Below, in pieces: positions 25,379 through 38,111 of a DNA stretch of 64,000 bases. Position 1 is the stretch's first letter. Each line of letters opens with the position of its first letter. The position numbers were made by a program, and so were the translations under genes. The DNA is taken from positions 47,182,001 to 47,246,000 of the forward strand of contig NC_043014.1 of the NCBI RefSeq assembly GCF_006345805.1. The letters are read 5' to 3'. The notes beneath the pieces are model-generated. The model searched no databases and was not told where the DNA came from. It saw only the letters and a list, made by a program, of their open reading frames with translations. The DNA is from Octopus sinensis (lineage: Eukaryota).

Positions 25379-26179
25379 AGTATTTTGCCCAACAATACAT
25401 TCTGAGTTCAAATTCTGCTGAGGTCAACTTTGCCTTTCATCCTTTCGGGGTTGATAAAATAAGTACCAGTTGAATACTGGGGGTCAGTGTAATCGACTCA
25501 TCTCCACCTCTCCCCAAGCTGCCCTTGTGGCAAAAATTTGAAATAATTATTGGATAAAAGTGCAGCATTTCATCCTGAGTTTATATGTTCAGAGTTCAAA
25601 TTCCACTGAGGTCAACTTTGCCTTTCATCCTTTTGGGGTCAGTAAAATAAGGTACCAGTTGAGAACTAGGGCTGATGTAATTGACTTACCCTCTCCCCTG
25701 AAATTGCTAGCCTTAAGCCAAAATTTAAAACCATTATTATTATTAAGGTGGCAAACCAGCACTGGATTAACCATTAATCAAAATAAGCATGTGCTAAGGG
25801 CATCAAAGGGAATGGGAGCACCACAGAAATGGTAAATTGTTTACGGCACAACAGAAATCACTTTAAACTTGCTAAAATAATATTCGCGGTGGTGTATATG
25901 ATCGGAAATATTATTTCAAAGTGTTCATGGTGTCATAGTGAGGATTTGATTGAAGACTTTACAATTAGAAAAGAGTAGGAGAAAACTTTTCAAATATAAA
26001 GTGGAAGCATAAAAAGATAAAATAAACATTTTCTCCCATCTTACTCTTAGTTTTGTTTCATTTTGAGAAACAAAAATAAAAATTGTATGGCTTATTATTA
26101 TTTAAATTTTGAATTACATATATATGGTGGCACCAAAATCTTTTAAGATTTTGAGGCTTAGGGCCTCAATGGGTCTTAA

Positions 26180-26386
26180 GCCTTTTGTTACCGTATTTAT
26201 TTTGAGATGCTCTGTGTTTCTTTCAATTAATTTTAAATCTAACATGAATTTAATAAAATAACTTAGTTACCATTAAGCTGGTGTTAGGAACATAAATTGT
26301 GAATGATTTTAATTCAAGACTTATGAAAACAAGACATTTGTACTACAAAGCCAGAGCCGGTTTCAGCTGGGTTGGTATCGAAAGGG
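26180..26386 (-). mobile_element. piggyBac-type MITE family P2 (internally deleted)
   Basis: Reverse complement of the 14446/14698 units; TTAA on the left, CTAA on the right. Confidence 0.75.
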
Positions 26387-26884
26387 CTAATCTGGCCCTG
26401 TCGCAAGCTGTTAGATTTGTTGGCAAGCACATATACGAAAAAATTCATCAAAAACACACAAACAAAAAAATTCCATGAAAAACATAGCATATTTTATTTC
26501 TAGATATTATTGTAAACAGAAAAGTTGTGGTGTTTGTGCCTTTGAAGTGAATGGTTTAATGTTTTTTGTTGCTATGATAACAATTTAACTGGCATTCACT
26601 AATTACCAACTGTAATTAGAGATGTCACTAATGATTTATCACTGCTAACATTGAAAACTGGGTGTTGCAGATTGACTCCAAGTACAACTTCTTTGAGTAT
26701 GAGTGACCCCTACACTTCATGGTGAATATGAAGGTACCTCCTTGAGGTTGACCGCCTTACATCTTGGGCTGGATATTGTTTTATTAGGGGACTGAAAGTC
26801 ATTTTCTATTTTCATAACTCAGTTGTGAAGATAAAAATATTTAATTGGTCAGTTTTTAGTCCAGCTGTTCTTCCATATTTTTCT

Positions 26885-27275
26885 CTTTTTACTTGTTTCA
26901 GTCATCTTGACTGCGGCCATGCTGGTGCACTGCCTTTAATTGAGCAACTCAACCCCGGGACTTATTCTTTGTAAGCCCAGTACTTATTCTATCGGTCTCT
27001 TTTGCCGAACCGTTAAGTGATGGAGACATAAACACACCAGCATCGGTTGTCAAGCAATGCTAGGGGGACAAATACAGACACACAAACATAGACGCACATA
27101 CATATATATATACATATTTACTACGGGCTTCTTTCAGTTTCCGTCTACTAAATCCACTCACAAGGCTTTGGTCGGCTCGAGGCTATAGTAGAAGACACTT
27201 GCCCAAGGTGCCACGCAGTGGGACTGAACCCGGAACCATGTGGTTCGTAAACAGGCTACTTACCACACAGCCACT
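26885..27275 (-). mobile_element. SINE family B
   Basis: Near full-length reverse copy. Confidence 0.85.
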
Positions 27276-27863
27276 TAGGTATCTGTCTACATGTTACCTA
27301 TTGACAGCCAGGTGGTGTGTACCTCTCTTTACATGGTGCCTATCAATGGCAAGGTGATCTGTACTTCTCCTTATGTGGTAGCTATTGACAGCTAAAAGGT
27401 CTGTACCTCTCTCTACATGGTACTTATTGACAGCGAGCTTCACTGGACTTGAACTTTTAGCTGTTTCTCAGTGTAGGGGTAAAATATCACAAGACATATT
27501 TGTATATATTGTCACTGAAACACAATGAAAACAAAGGGTGAATTCCATCCAGCTAACTCATTCTGGCATACATACCTCCCCACTACTACATCACACACTG
27601 CCGTCGCCACCACTGCCGCCGCCACCACTGCCGCCAGTTAGCTCTGGTTGTTAAGCTTTATAACTAAAAGCATTCTAACCATAACCACCCCATCTGTTGT
27701 ATATTTAGGACTACATAATACACGGCTTCTGTTTTCCTAGGGGGTAGGTAGTACATGGTTTGAGGAAATTTGGTTGTTGTTTCTGACAATTTGACTGATC
27801 GTGTAGAGGTTCCCTTGTTCGCTTAGATGTTTTATTGGCTCACTGAGAATTAGTAGACGGTTA

Positions 27864-28024
27864 GGCGCAGGAGTGGCTGTGTGGTAAGTAGCTTGCTTAC
27901 CAACCACATGGTTCCGGGTTCAGTCCCACTGCGTGGCACCTTGGGCAAGTGTCTTCTACTATAGCCTTGGGCCGATCAAAGCCTTGTGAGTGGATTTAGT
28001 AGATGGAAACTGAAAGAAACCCGT

Positions 28025-28061
<37 letters not shown>

Positions 28062-28263
28062 GTGTGTCTGTGTTAGTCCCCCTAGCATTGCTAGCGATGC
28101 TGGTGTGTTTATGTCCCCGTTACTTAGCGGTTCAGCAAAAGAGACCGATAGAATAAGTACTGGACTTACAAAAGAATAAGTCCCGGGGTCGAGTTGCTCG
28201 ATTAAAGGCAGTGTTCCAGCATGGCCGCAGTCAAATGACTGAAACAAGTAAAAGAGTAAAGAG
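27864..28263 (+). mobile_element. SINE family B, full length
   Basis: GGCGCAGGAGTGGCTGTGTGG (A-box-like), GGTTCAGTCCC (B-box-like), internal (TA)n, AAAAGAGTAAA tail. Confidence 0.9.
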
Positions 28264-28627
28264 TATGTACCTGGTGTTTCTGCAGTTTACTGTACCCAGG
28301 GTTTATGGTTCTACAATCAGCAGTTACCTCGTACCTAGTGTTTGTTGGGCTCACTGGTTAGTCTCAAAGAACACTAACTCAATGAGGAAGGCTCCACATG
28401 GTCACTCTGCCTGCTAGAAATAGGAAGCAAATCTCTATCAAATCATAATCAGTTTTTAGAAAAAGAAGAACTCATGTAATTTTAAATGCATTGTTTTTTA
28501 ATAAAAAAAAAAACTGGATGGTCATTTATTGGAATGTCTTTGTTCAAAAGTCTGTTGATTAGGGTTGGTGACAACAATATTAAATATGGTTTAAAGTTGT
28601 CTAAGTAGCTGAGGTATGATGACTTCT

Positions 28628-29139
28628 TGAGTGATGTCTTCTGATTAATGTTGGCTGGTGTCTTTTGATTAATGTGGAGTGATGTTTTCTGATTAATGTT
28701 GGCTGGTGTCTTCTGATTAATGTTGATATGCCTTCAGATTAATGTTGACTGATACCTTCAGATTAATGTTGACTGATGCCTTCAGATTAATGTTGACTGA
28801 TGCCTTCAGATTAATGTTGACTGATGCCTTCAGATTAATGTTGACTGATGCCTTCAGATTAATGTTGACTGATGCCTTCAGATTAATGTTGACTGATGCC
28901 TTCAGATTAATGTCGACTGATGCCTTCAGATTAATGTCGACTGATTCCTCCTGATTAATGTCGACTGATGCCTCCTGATTAATGTCGACTGATGCCTCCT
29001 GATTAATGTCGACTGATGCCTCCTGATTAATGTCGACTGATGCCTCCTGATTAATGTCGACTGATGCCTCCTGATTAATGTCGACTGATGCCTCCTGATT
29101 AATGTCGACTGATACCTCCTGATTAGTGTTGACTGATGT
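28628..29139. repeat. 24-bp minisatellite, about 21 units
   Basis: Units GATTAATG(T/C)CGACTGATGCC(TTCA/TCCT)-like; minus frame reads (VDINQEAS)n(VNINLKAS)n. Confidence 0.95.
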
Positions 29140-29592
29140 GGTAGTGTCACTCATCTCCGTCATCCTCTCTTCATGTATCACAGTATACTGACCCTATTTA
29201 GGGACCTATCAACAGCTACAGGTAACAATATTTGAACCCAACCACACTATGATTATCCCAGTAGCATATATTTATGGGTAGGTATTTATGTGATGTACCT
29301 CCATATCTTACCTATCAACAGCAAAGTACCCGTCTTAACATGGTATCTGTTGGCAACCAGGTGACCTGTGCCTCTCTCTCTGCATGGTACCTATTGACAG
29401 CTAGATGGTCTGTATCTCTCTCTTAGTGGTATCTATTAACAGCTAGTTTTTTACTGGACCTGAACTTTTGACTGTTTCTCATCACTATATATGTAACATA
29501 CAAATGTATCAAGCTTTGTTTGTATGTATTGTCACTGATACATAATGAAAACAAAGAGGGTGAATGCCAGCCAACTCATGCTGGTATATATG

Positions 29593-29637
<45 letters not shown>

Positions 29638-29693
29638 GAGTGTGTGTGTGTGTGTATATATGTGTGTATGTGTATGTATATATGTATGTCTAT

Positions 29694-29725
<32 letters not shown>

Positions 29726-29778
29726 GTATGTGTATCTGTATATATATATGTATGTGTATCTGTATATATATATGTATG

Positions 29779-29811
<33 letters not shown>

Positions 29812-30147
29812 ACCTCACCACCTCACACATTGTTATCGTTACACTAAACAATCACCATCACTGCCATTACTACACCACCTCACTAATAACATTCCACTTC
29901 CACCCCACCCCGTTTATACTACACCACCACCACCACTACTGCAATAACCCACTGCCACCACTACCACATCTTTCTACTGTAACAACATGACTCAGATTAT
30001 TACTTTTTTATGAATTCTTACTTCATAACAACAACAACAACAATAATAATAATAGTCCTTTCTACTAAAAGCACAATGCCTGAAATATTGTGGGAGGGTG
30101 TCTAGTTGATTACATCAACTCCAGTACTCAACTGGTATTTTTTTTCA

Positions 30148-30385
30148 TAAGGCGGCGAGCTGGCAGAAACGTTAGCACGCCGGGCGAAATGCTTAGCAGT
30201 ATTTCGTCTGCCATTACGTTGTGAGTTTAAATTCCGCCGAGGTCGACTTTGCCTTTCATCCTTTTGGGGTCGATAAATTAAGTACCAGTTATGCACTGGG
30301 GGGTCAATGTAATCGACTTAATACCTATGTCTGTCCTTGTTTGTCCCCTCTGTGTTTAGCCCCTTGTGGGTAATAAAGAAATAGG
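30148..30385 (+). mobile_element. SINE family A, full length
   Basis: Consensus match. Confidence 0.85.
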
Positions 30386-30568
30386 TTTTGTTTTTCATTG
30401 ACCCTGACAGGATGGATAAAAGGCAAAGTTGACCTCGGCAGAATTTGTACTCAGAACGTAAAGGTGGATGAAATACCGCTAAGCATTTCGCCTGGCATAC
30501 TAACAATTCTGCCAACTTGCCACTGTAATAACAACAACAATGATAACTCGATCAATTCCTGGCAATAT

Positions 30569-30602
30569 CTGAAGAAGGAATTTTTATATTCCGAAATATA
30601 TC
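30569..30602 (+). ncRNA. Hammerhead-like core (stem I not supported)
   Basis: CUGAAGA-A-GGAAU(UUUUAU)AUUCC-GAAA-UAUA-UC; palindromic stem III AUAUAU. Confidence 0.45.
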
Positions 30603-30704
30603 AGACTATGAATAATTAAATTATAACAGCTATTATAATCCACTCTGAATTGTTGTGCCATTCAAGACACGTTATATTTCAAAAGCGATAGCTTGATTAT
30701 CTCC

Positions 30705-30756
30705 CAAATAATAATAATAATAAATAATAATAAAAATACTAATAATAATAATAATG

Positions 30757-30791
<35 letters not shown>

Positions 30792-30805
30792 ACTACTAAT
30801 AATAA

Positions 30806-30836
<31 letters not shown>

Positions 30837-31012
30837 ACTAAAAATAATAATAATAATAATAAAAATAATATTAATAATAATAATAATATAATAAAAATAA
30901 TATAATAATAATACTAATAATAATATAATAATAATATAATAATAATATAATAATAATAATAATAAAAATAATAATAATAATACTAATAATACTAATAATA
31001 ATAATAATAATA
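30705..31012. repeat. ~300-bp interrupted (AAT)n microsatellite
   Basis: Direct inspection. Confidence 0.95.
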
Positions 31013-31224
31013 TAGTATAGATACGAAAGGCTTTTAGAGTTAATGGCGTTGTGGCATTTGTTCCTTTCTCAGTAAGCAGAGATGATTGCTTTTTTATAAT
31101 GATTTATAAATTAAGACCTGACCACCACATTGAAGGGTAGGGTTAATGGTAGGTGAAGAGCTGGAGGTGACCTCTGAATGGTTGTTAGGGAGGGCTTTAC
31201 TAGTAGGAGCCATGGATGGGAGCA

Positions 31225-31540
31225 GAGCAGTGTGTTAAACTGAGCAGCAGGCTATGTCTGTATGGACTCTGTTAAAGGGAACTGTGGAGGGTAGTGGTGA
31301 TAAATGGAGTAACAGCCTATGTCTGTCTGTGTTCCATTAAAAGGGGCCATGAGGGGTAGTGTTGTTAAACAGAGTAACTGGCTATGTCTATCTAGGTTCT
31401 ACTAATAGGGGCCATAGGGAGGTAGTGGTAGTAAACTGAGCGACAGGCTACATCCATCTTGGCTTCATTAATAGGGCCCACTGGGGGTAATGATGTTAAA
31501 CTAAGCAACTGATTTATGCCTATTTGGGCTTCACTAATGG
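31225..31540. repeat. Old tandem repeat, about 5 x 65 bp
   Basis: AAAC(T/A)GAG..GGCTATGTC-like marker at 31237, 31302, 31367, 31433 and 31498. Confidence 0.75.
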
Positions 31541-31734
31541 TGTAAACCAGCAATAATTAAGTCATCATTAATTAAATTGGTATATCAGGGTGGTGAATTG
31601 GCAGAAACATTAGAGCATTGAAAAATGGAATGCTTTGTGGTATTTGTTCTGAGTTCAAGCCCTATCAAAGTTATCTTTGCCTTCACTGTCATTTTGGGGA
31701 TGATAAAGTTGCAGTCAAGTTTTGGGGTCTATGG

Positions 31735-31997
31735 CAATGGTTCTCAACCGGGGTTCATATGACCCTTGATGGGGGCCCATTTAAGATTTTTTGTTAAAAT
31801 TATGAACAATAAATTGCTCATAATTCTACAATATTCCGAATATTAAATTTTCTTTTTTTTTAAATAAAATTCCTAATAATATTTAATAATAGAAATATTA
31901 CAGGATTTTTTGAACATCAAATGGCTATGAAAGTCTGTTGGGGTAAAGTAAAAATCAAAGGACTTCATAGATGATAAAAAATGGTTGAAAACCACTG
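31735..31997. mobile_element. hAT MITE inserted in a decayed SINE A
   Basis: TIRs CAATGGTTCTCAACC / GGTTGAAAACCACTG; 8-bp TSD GTCTATGG / GTCTGTGG. Confidence 0.8.
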
Positions 31998-32753
31998 GTC
32001 TGTGGTATCAACTACCCCTCCGCCTCTAAAGTATCTGATCCTATGCTTTAAATTGGTATGTCAGTTTGTAACTAGTTGATAGCATCATGACTGTACACTT
32101 GTGTGTGTTTGTTTACATTTTGCATCTTCATATGAAATTATAGGGGCAATCCTTGTTAACAAATCTTGTCCCCTAAGCTCTTCATTTTCAAAAACAGATG
32201 TAATTTAAAAAAAAAAATACTTTGCTAGTAATGATTAGAGACCAGAAAGTCATCTGGCTGTAAATAATTCCTCAATGATATGTATTCATCTGACTCATGC
32301 AGGCATGGAAAAACAGACATAAAATGAATGAAAGAACTCTCTGAATGATTCCTCTTGGCTTCTTTTCTCATTGGCTATAAAGGCTTTTTGCTTAACTAGT
32401 TATGTCTGGCTGGAGCTGATGTAGGACTAAGCTGGGCTGATGACACCTATTGAGACAGAAACACATACCTACTGCTTTCTTCATTTCTCCGGAAGATCCT
32501 TTAAGCTTAAGTCCCCTTCTCATTTACAGTTGGTTGCTATTGCCAATGGCTGTTTGTTTAATCCCCTCTTTAAGTGAGGACACTTTAAAAATATCAAGAA
32601 TTTATCTCGTATTTAGTACTTTTCTGAGACTTTGTTGCCCAAATTCACACTATTGAAGCCTTCCTCAGTTATTTCTCTTAGCTCATTTTCATTTTGTGTG
32701 TATGTGTGCCATTGGCGGTTTCTTTTCCATCTTTGGACTTTTCCCCTTTCTCC

Positions 32754-32788
32754 TTTCTGACGAAGAGCTATTGCTCAAAACGTCAAAC
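32754..32788 (+). ncRNA. Decayed minimal hammerhead motif (G12A)
   Basis: UUU-CUGACGA-A-GAGC(UAUU)GCUC-AAAA-CG-UC-AAA; related to the 10345 family. Confidence 0.55.
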
Positions 32789-33208
32789 TCTCTCCTTTCA
32801 CTGAGCGTTAAGCTCATTTCTTGTGCATGTCCTTGTGTTCATTTTCTTCATTTATTTTCTTCATTTATTTGAATTGATTATAGTGTGTGTGTGTGTGTGT
32901 GTGTGTGTGGAATAGGACAAATAGAACAAAAGGGGAATAAGAAAGAGATGGTTGGACAACATGAGGGGTTATGACAGGTAAACAAAATCTCCAGATGGTG
33001 GACAAAATGTTAGCACAAGAATAATTAACAATAACAGTTGTGCATAGTGTGTTGTAGGCCAAAAAAGGAAAAAGTAGAGTGACATTTCAAGTGGACCCTT
33101 TATCAAAATAGAGTAAGAAAGAAATAAGCAAGAAAAAGAAAAACAAGAAAAGAAATGATACTTGTTTAAAGTATGTGTGAACATTTCAACTACATACTGT
33201 ATGTGTGT

Positions 33209-33665
33209 CTTTTACTCTTTTACTTGTTTCAGTCATTTGACTGCGGACATGCTGGAGCACAGCCTTTAGTTGAGCAAATCGACCCTGGGACTTTTTCTTT
33301 GTAAGCCCAGTACTTATTCTATCGGTCTCTTTTGCCGAACCGTTAAGTGACGGGGACGTAAACACACCAGCATCGGTTGTCAAGCCTTGTGAGTGGATTT
33401 GGTAGACGGAAACTGAAAGAAGCCTGTCATATATAGTTATATATATATATGCTTGTTTGTGTGTCTGTCTCCTCTAGCATTGCTTGACAACCGATGCTGG
33501 TGTGTTTATGTCCCCGTCACTTAGCGGTTCGGCAAAAGAGACCGATAGAAAAAGTACTGGGCTTACAAAAGAATAAGTCCCAGGGTCAATTTGTTCGACT
33601 AAAGGCGGTGCTCCAGCATGGCCGCAGTCAAATGACTGAAACAAGTAAACAAGTAAAAGAGAGAG
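33209..33665. mobile_element. Inverted chimeric pair of SINE B halves
   Basis: Minus 3' half (33209-33385) joined via AAGC to a plus copy; arms 33219-33385 and 33482-33648 are reverse complementary. Confidence 0.8.
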
Positions 33666-34450
33666 TAAAGAGTCTGTGGTAGTATTGATGTATGCGTAAT
33701 TGCGAGTAGTAGTAGTGGTGGTGATGTGTTTATGGCTTTTTGTGGTGGTGGTGGTGTGTGTTTAATGGTATATTAATGTGTGTGTGTGTGATAGTGATTG
33801 TGTGTGAGAGAGAGAGAAAAAAGGGAGAGCTACTCCTTTTTTCCTTTATTTCTCATTTGCCGGTTTCTATGGAAACTCTCTGCAACAACAGCAGAATGAA
33901 CATTTCTGCCACAATGTTTTGTATTTGATGCCCATATAAACTTAATAATTGTGGTGGTGGTGGTGGTGGTGATGTGGTTTTGATAAGGGTTTGTCTCTTT
34001 GATGTTTTGATTCGACTGCGGTATGTTTCTCTAAGACAAAAGAACTAAAACGATGACGATGACGATAATCATCACCATCATCGTCATCGTTGTCATCACC
34101 ATCATTGTCGTCATCACCATCATCATTATTGTTATCATCCCCAATATTATCACCATCATCATCGCCTTTACCATCATCATCATTGTCTCTGTTGTGTGTA
34201 CCACTGTCCATTGATTCAAGCCCCAGTTAATTACTGGTTGGTATTTTATATCCCATTATTGGATTTGAACCTTGAATTGCTCCCTACTGGGTTGGGTCCT
34301 CTAATACTTCACACTTTCCTCTCTTTCTCTCTTCCCTAACAATAGTGTGTTACGTTGTGATATTCATGCCTCTCTTGCTGCTATTAGGGATACTAAATGA
34401 AATGAAATAGTTCCAGCAACGAAATGGAACCTCATCCTTTCTCACCAACC

Positions 34451-35170
34451 AACAGAAGATCCCCCATACTATTACAGGGATTCTGTTTCATCAACCCTGA
34501 TTTACGATGTACATGTAGTATTACTTTGGACAGACTTGCCGTTCTGATTTCCATGTTTTGCATGTGCGTGCATGTACACACATTGTACATACACCGCATG
34601 TACACATATACACACAGATAAACCAACATGTACACATACACACACTCGTATATACATACATAGACATGTACACAAGTATATACATGAACACACACATGTA
34701 TATACATGAACACACATGTATACATACACACACATACATGTGTACATAGACACACATGAAACATGTATACATACACACACATACATGTGTACATAGACAC
34801 ACATGAAACAAGTATACATACACACATACACACAATAATCACATACACACAACAGAAGATCCCCCATAGTATTACAGGGATTCTGTTTCATCAACTCTGA
34901 TTTACGATGTACATGTAGTATTACTTTGGACAGACTTGCCGTTCTGATTTCCATGTTTTGCATGTGCGTGCATGTACACACATTGTACATACACCACATG
35001 TACACATATACACACAGATAAACCAACATGTACACATTTGTATATACATACATAGACATGTACACAAGTATATACATGAACACACATGTATACACACACA
35101 CACATGCATATATGTGTACATAGACACTCTCACATGAAACATGTATACATACACACATACACACAACAAT
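34451..35170. repeat. Tandem duplication, period 400 bp (unique head plus CA/TA-rich tail)
   Basis: AACAGAAGATCCCCCATA at 34451 and 34851. Confidence 0.9.
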
Positions 35171-36248
35171 CAAAGTTGTTTAATCAGAAGCGATCTCCAC
35201 CATAAGCAGCCATGCTGTCTAGGTACCCCGCTCCATCATTGAGTGACCTAAGGCACCCTGCCCCCACTCCCTCTCCATGTTGCTATCCACTGACTCATCT
35301 CCTCTCTGCAGCAGATGTGTGTGTAACCATAGTTACCAGTGCAGACAGTGCATCACCTTTACATGCAATACTAGTAACTTCACACAGGTATACTGCACAC
35401 ACATACATGTACACACACACACATTTGCATCCATACGCATACACTACACCTTACAACACACACACACATACAAACATCAACACACTGATATACACACTAA
35501 TATATATCCCCCCCCCCAATATATACACACACACTCTGATACAAACACACAGTCTGATACAAACACACACTCTGATACACACACACACTGATATAAACAC
35601 ATACACACACCGATACACATACATTGATATACATACGCACACATACACACTGATATACATACGCACACAGACACACACTGATATACATAAGCACACACAC
35701 ACACACTGATTTATATACGCACACGCACGTGTTGATATACATACGCACATGCACCGATATACATACGCACACGCACACACACCAATATACATACGCACGT
35801 GCACACACCAATATACATATGCACACACACACAAACTGATATGCACACATACACATACATCAATATACAAATACACACACACATGCTCTCCGATTTACAT
35901 ATCCACACAGACATACTGACACACCAGCACATTAAAGGAACACAATGTAACAAAACCCACCATAATAGGGTGTGGTGGCACAGTAGTTGATGCTTGCTGT
36001 AATTGATGATGATGATGGTGATGATGATTCTGATGGTTGTGATGGTGGCAGTGGTTGGAAAGGACTCTCCTTTCTCCCAGGTAGTTGCTCATGATTCAGA
36101 CTTTTGTTGATCTTTTTTTGTGTGGAACTTGATTGGTTCACAATCAATATCATTTCCCCCACCCCCCACCCGACTCCCATTACTTCCCCATCCCTTATTC
36201 TTCAGTTCCACTCCCCCCTTTCACCCCCCCCCCCACACCACATTTTAG

Positions 36249-36296
36249 ATGAGGTGGCACGGAAGAGGATTGACAGGTTTGGTCAGTGAAAATCAG
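36249..36296 (+). other. Candidate 48-nt exon (MRWHGRGLTGLVSENQ if phase 0)
   Basis: Long pyrimidine tract ending CATTTTAG, donor CAG|GTATGT; only frame 0 is open. No homology recognised. Confidence 0.35.
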
Positions 36297-36696
36297 GTAT
36301 GTTTTTTTTTTTTGGCTGTGAAGTCATTGTGAGTTCAATCTTGCTTTATTCCATTTGGTCTTTTTAGCCCTTTGAGTGTGTAATTAAATTTCATGGTTAT
36401 TCCTGTAATTGGTATTAGTTATTCATCCAAAAATAGAATTCGTATTTTCTGCTTCTGCAATACTTTTTTTTTAAGTATCTCCTGACAGTGTGGCTTTCAT
36501 GTCCAGTATTTGATTCTTTGCTCTGTAAAGGGATATTTAATGAAATATGCGAAAAACAAAAAAAAAATTAAGAAAATCTGAAAAATTGTCGATTGTAAAA
36601 AAGTGCCCCTGGCGTTGTCTCTGCTTCTCACAGTTTTCTTCTGTTAAAACTATTTTGAGTAAGGCACAAGTTTGGCTGTGTGGTAAGAAGCTTGCT

Positions 36697-36914
36697 AAAG
36701 GCGGCAAGCTGGCAGAAACGTTAGCACGCCAGGCGAGATGCTTAGTGGTATTTCGTCTGCTGTTACGTTCTGAGTTCAAATTCCGCCGAGGTCGACTTTG
36801 CCTTTCATCCTTTCGGGGTCGATTAAATAAGTACCAGTTACGCACTGGGGTAGATATAATCCGCTTAATCCGTTTGTCCTCTCTGTGTGTAGCCCCTTGT
36901 GGGCAGTAAAGAAA
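36697..36914 (+). mobile_element. SINE A inserted into the head of an old SINE B
   Basis: 13-bp TSD TAAGAAGCTTGCT at 36684-36696 and 36915-36927. Confidence 0.9.
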
Positions 36915-37134
36915 TAAGAAGCTTGCTTCCCAACCACTTGCCTTGAGTTTCAGTCCCACTGTGTGGCACTTTGGGCAATTGTTTCCTTACTAAATCCTCA
37001 GACCAACCAAAATCTTATGAGCGGATTTGGTAGACAGAAACTGAAATACATATATGAATGAATGAATTCCAATATTTTAAATCCATGTTTGTCCCTGTTG
37101 ATGGGGTTGGCTGGATCTACCTCACTCTTGAATT

Positions 37135-37732
37135 GTGTTTTTGATTCGACGGTCATTCGGAATGCTCACAGCAGCCATATTCCTACCACTCTATGGTCAC
37201 GCTGGTGAGACCCATATTGGAGTACGGGATTCAAGCCTCTTCTCCTTATCTCCTCGAAGACATACATCATCTCGAAAGAGTCCAGAAGCTGGCTACCCGC
37301 ATGGTTCTTGGTCTCAAGCATTTGTCTTATGAAGAAAGGCTGAAGACACTCGACCTTTATTCTCTAGAAAAACGCCTCCGCCGTGGTGATCTCATTCTCG
37401 CTCACAACATCATAAGCGGAAAGTGTAACATCTCGAAAGAGCTGTTCTTCACTCCTGCTCCAGAGCGTCAGCTGCGGGGTCACTCCAAAAAGCTCTATCT
37501 GTGACGACTTCATCTCAATCGAAGGAGAGGGGCTTTCTCTGTCCAGGCTGCGGATCCGTGGAATAAGCTGCCGGACGAGATAATGAAGATGCTGACGACC
37601 GCTCGGTTCAAGGTCTCTCTTGACCAGAAATGGCCTGAACTCTTTGCATGAACACCACCCTGTACATAACTCCATGTCTCCCTACATGGCCTTGCTTTTT
37701 GCTTTTTGAGCCCAAAAATTAACTTAACTAAC
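37135..37732 (+). mobile_element. CR1-like LINE 3' end, 5'-truncated
   Basis: LVRPILEYG..SPY..DIHHLERVQKLATRMV.GLKHLSYEERLK.LDLYSLEKRLRRGDLI..RGHSKKL..WNKLP; short (TTAAC)n-like tail. Confidence 0.9.
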
Positions 37733-37734
37733 TG

Positions 37735-38024
37735 CTCTCACACCACTTTGCCTGGTTTTGGGTGTCCTCCCTCCTCAAGCCAACCCTCCCAATCTCCTCC
37801 CCCACCTGTCCCCTCCACATTTTCCTCGGTCTACCTTGCTTTCGCTGTCCATTTACCTCAAACTCTGGCACCCTCCTCAGAGCATGATCCTCATCCTTCC
37901 TCAACACATGTCCATACCACCACACCCCATTTGCTCTTGGCAGCTGTTCCACCAATTCCTCAAACCCGAGCATCCCCATCAAGTCCTCAGCCCTTCTTTT
38001 ATCCAAAATAGTTTCACACCACAC
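37735..38024 (-). mobile_element. RTE-clade LINE 3' fragment, tail-to-tail with the CR1
   Basis: WYGHVLRKDEDHALRR..FEVNGQRKQGRPRKMW motif. Confidence 0.85.
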
Positions 38025-38030
38025 ATTTTA

Positions 38031-38071
<41 letters not shown>

Positions 38072-38111
38072 AGAACAATCTTACTTAGAAATGGATGCGT
38101 GCGTTCCGTCA

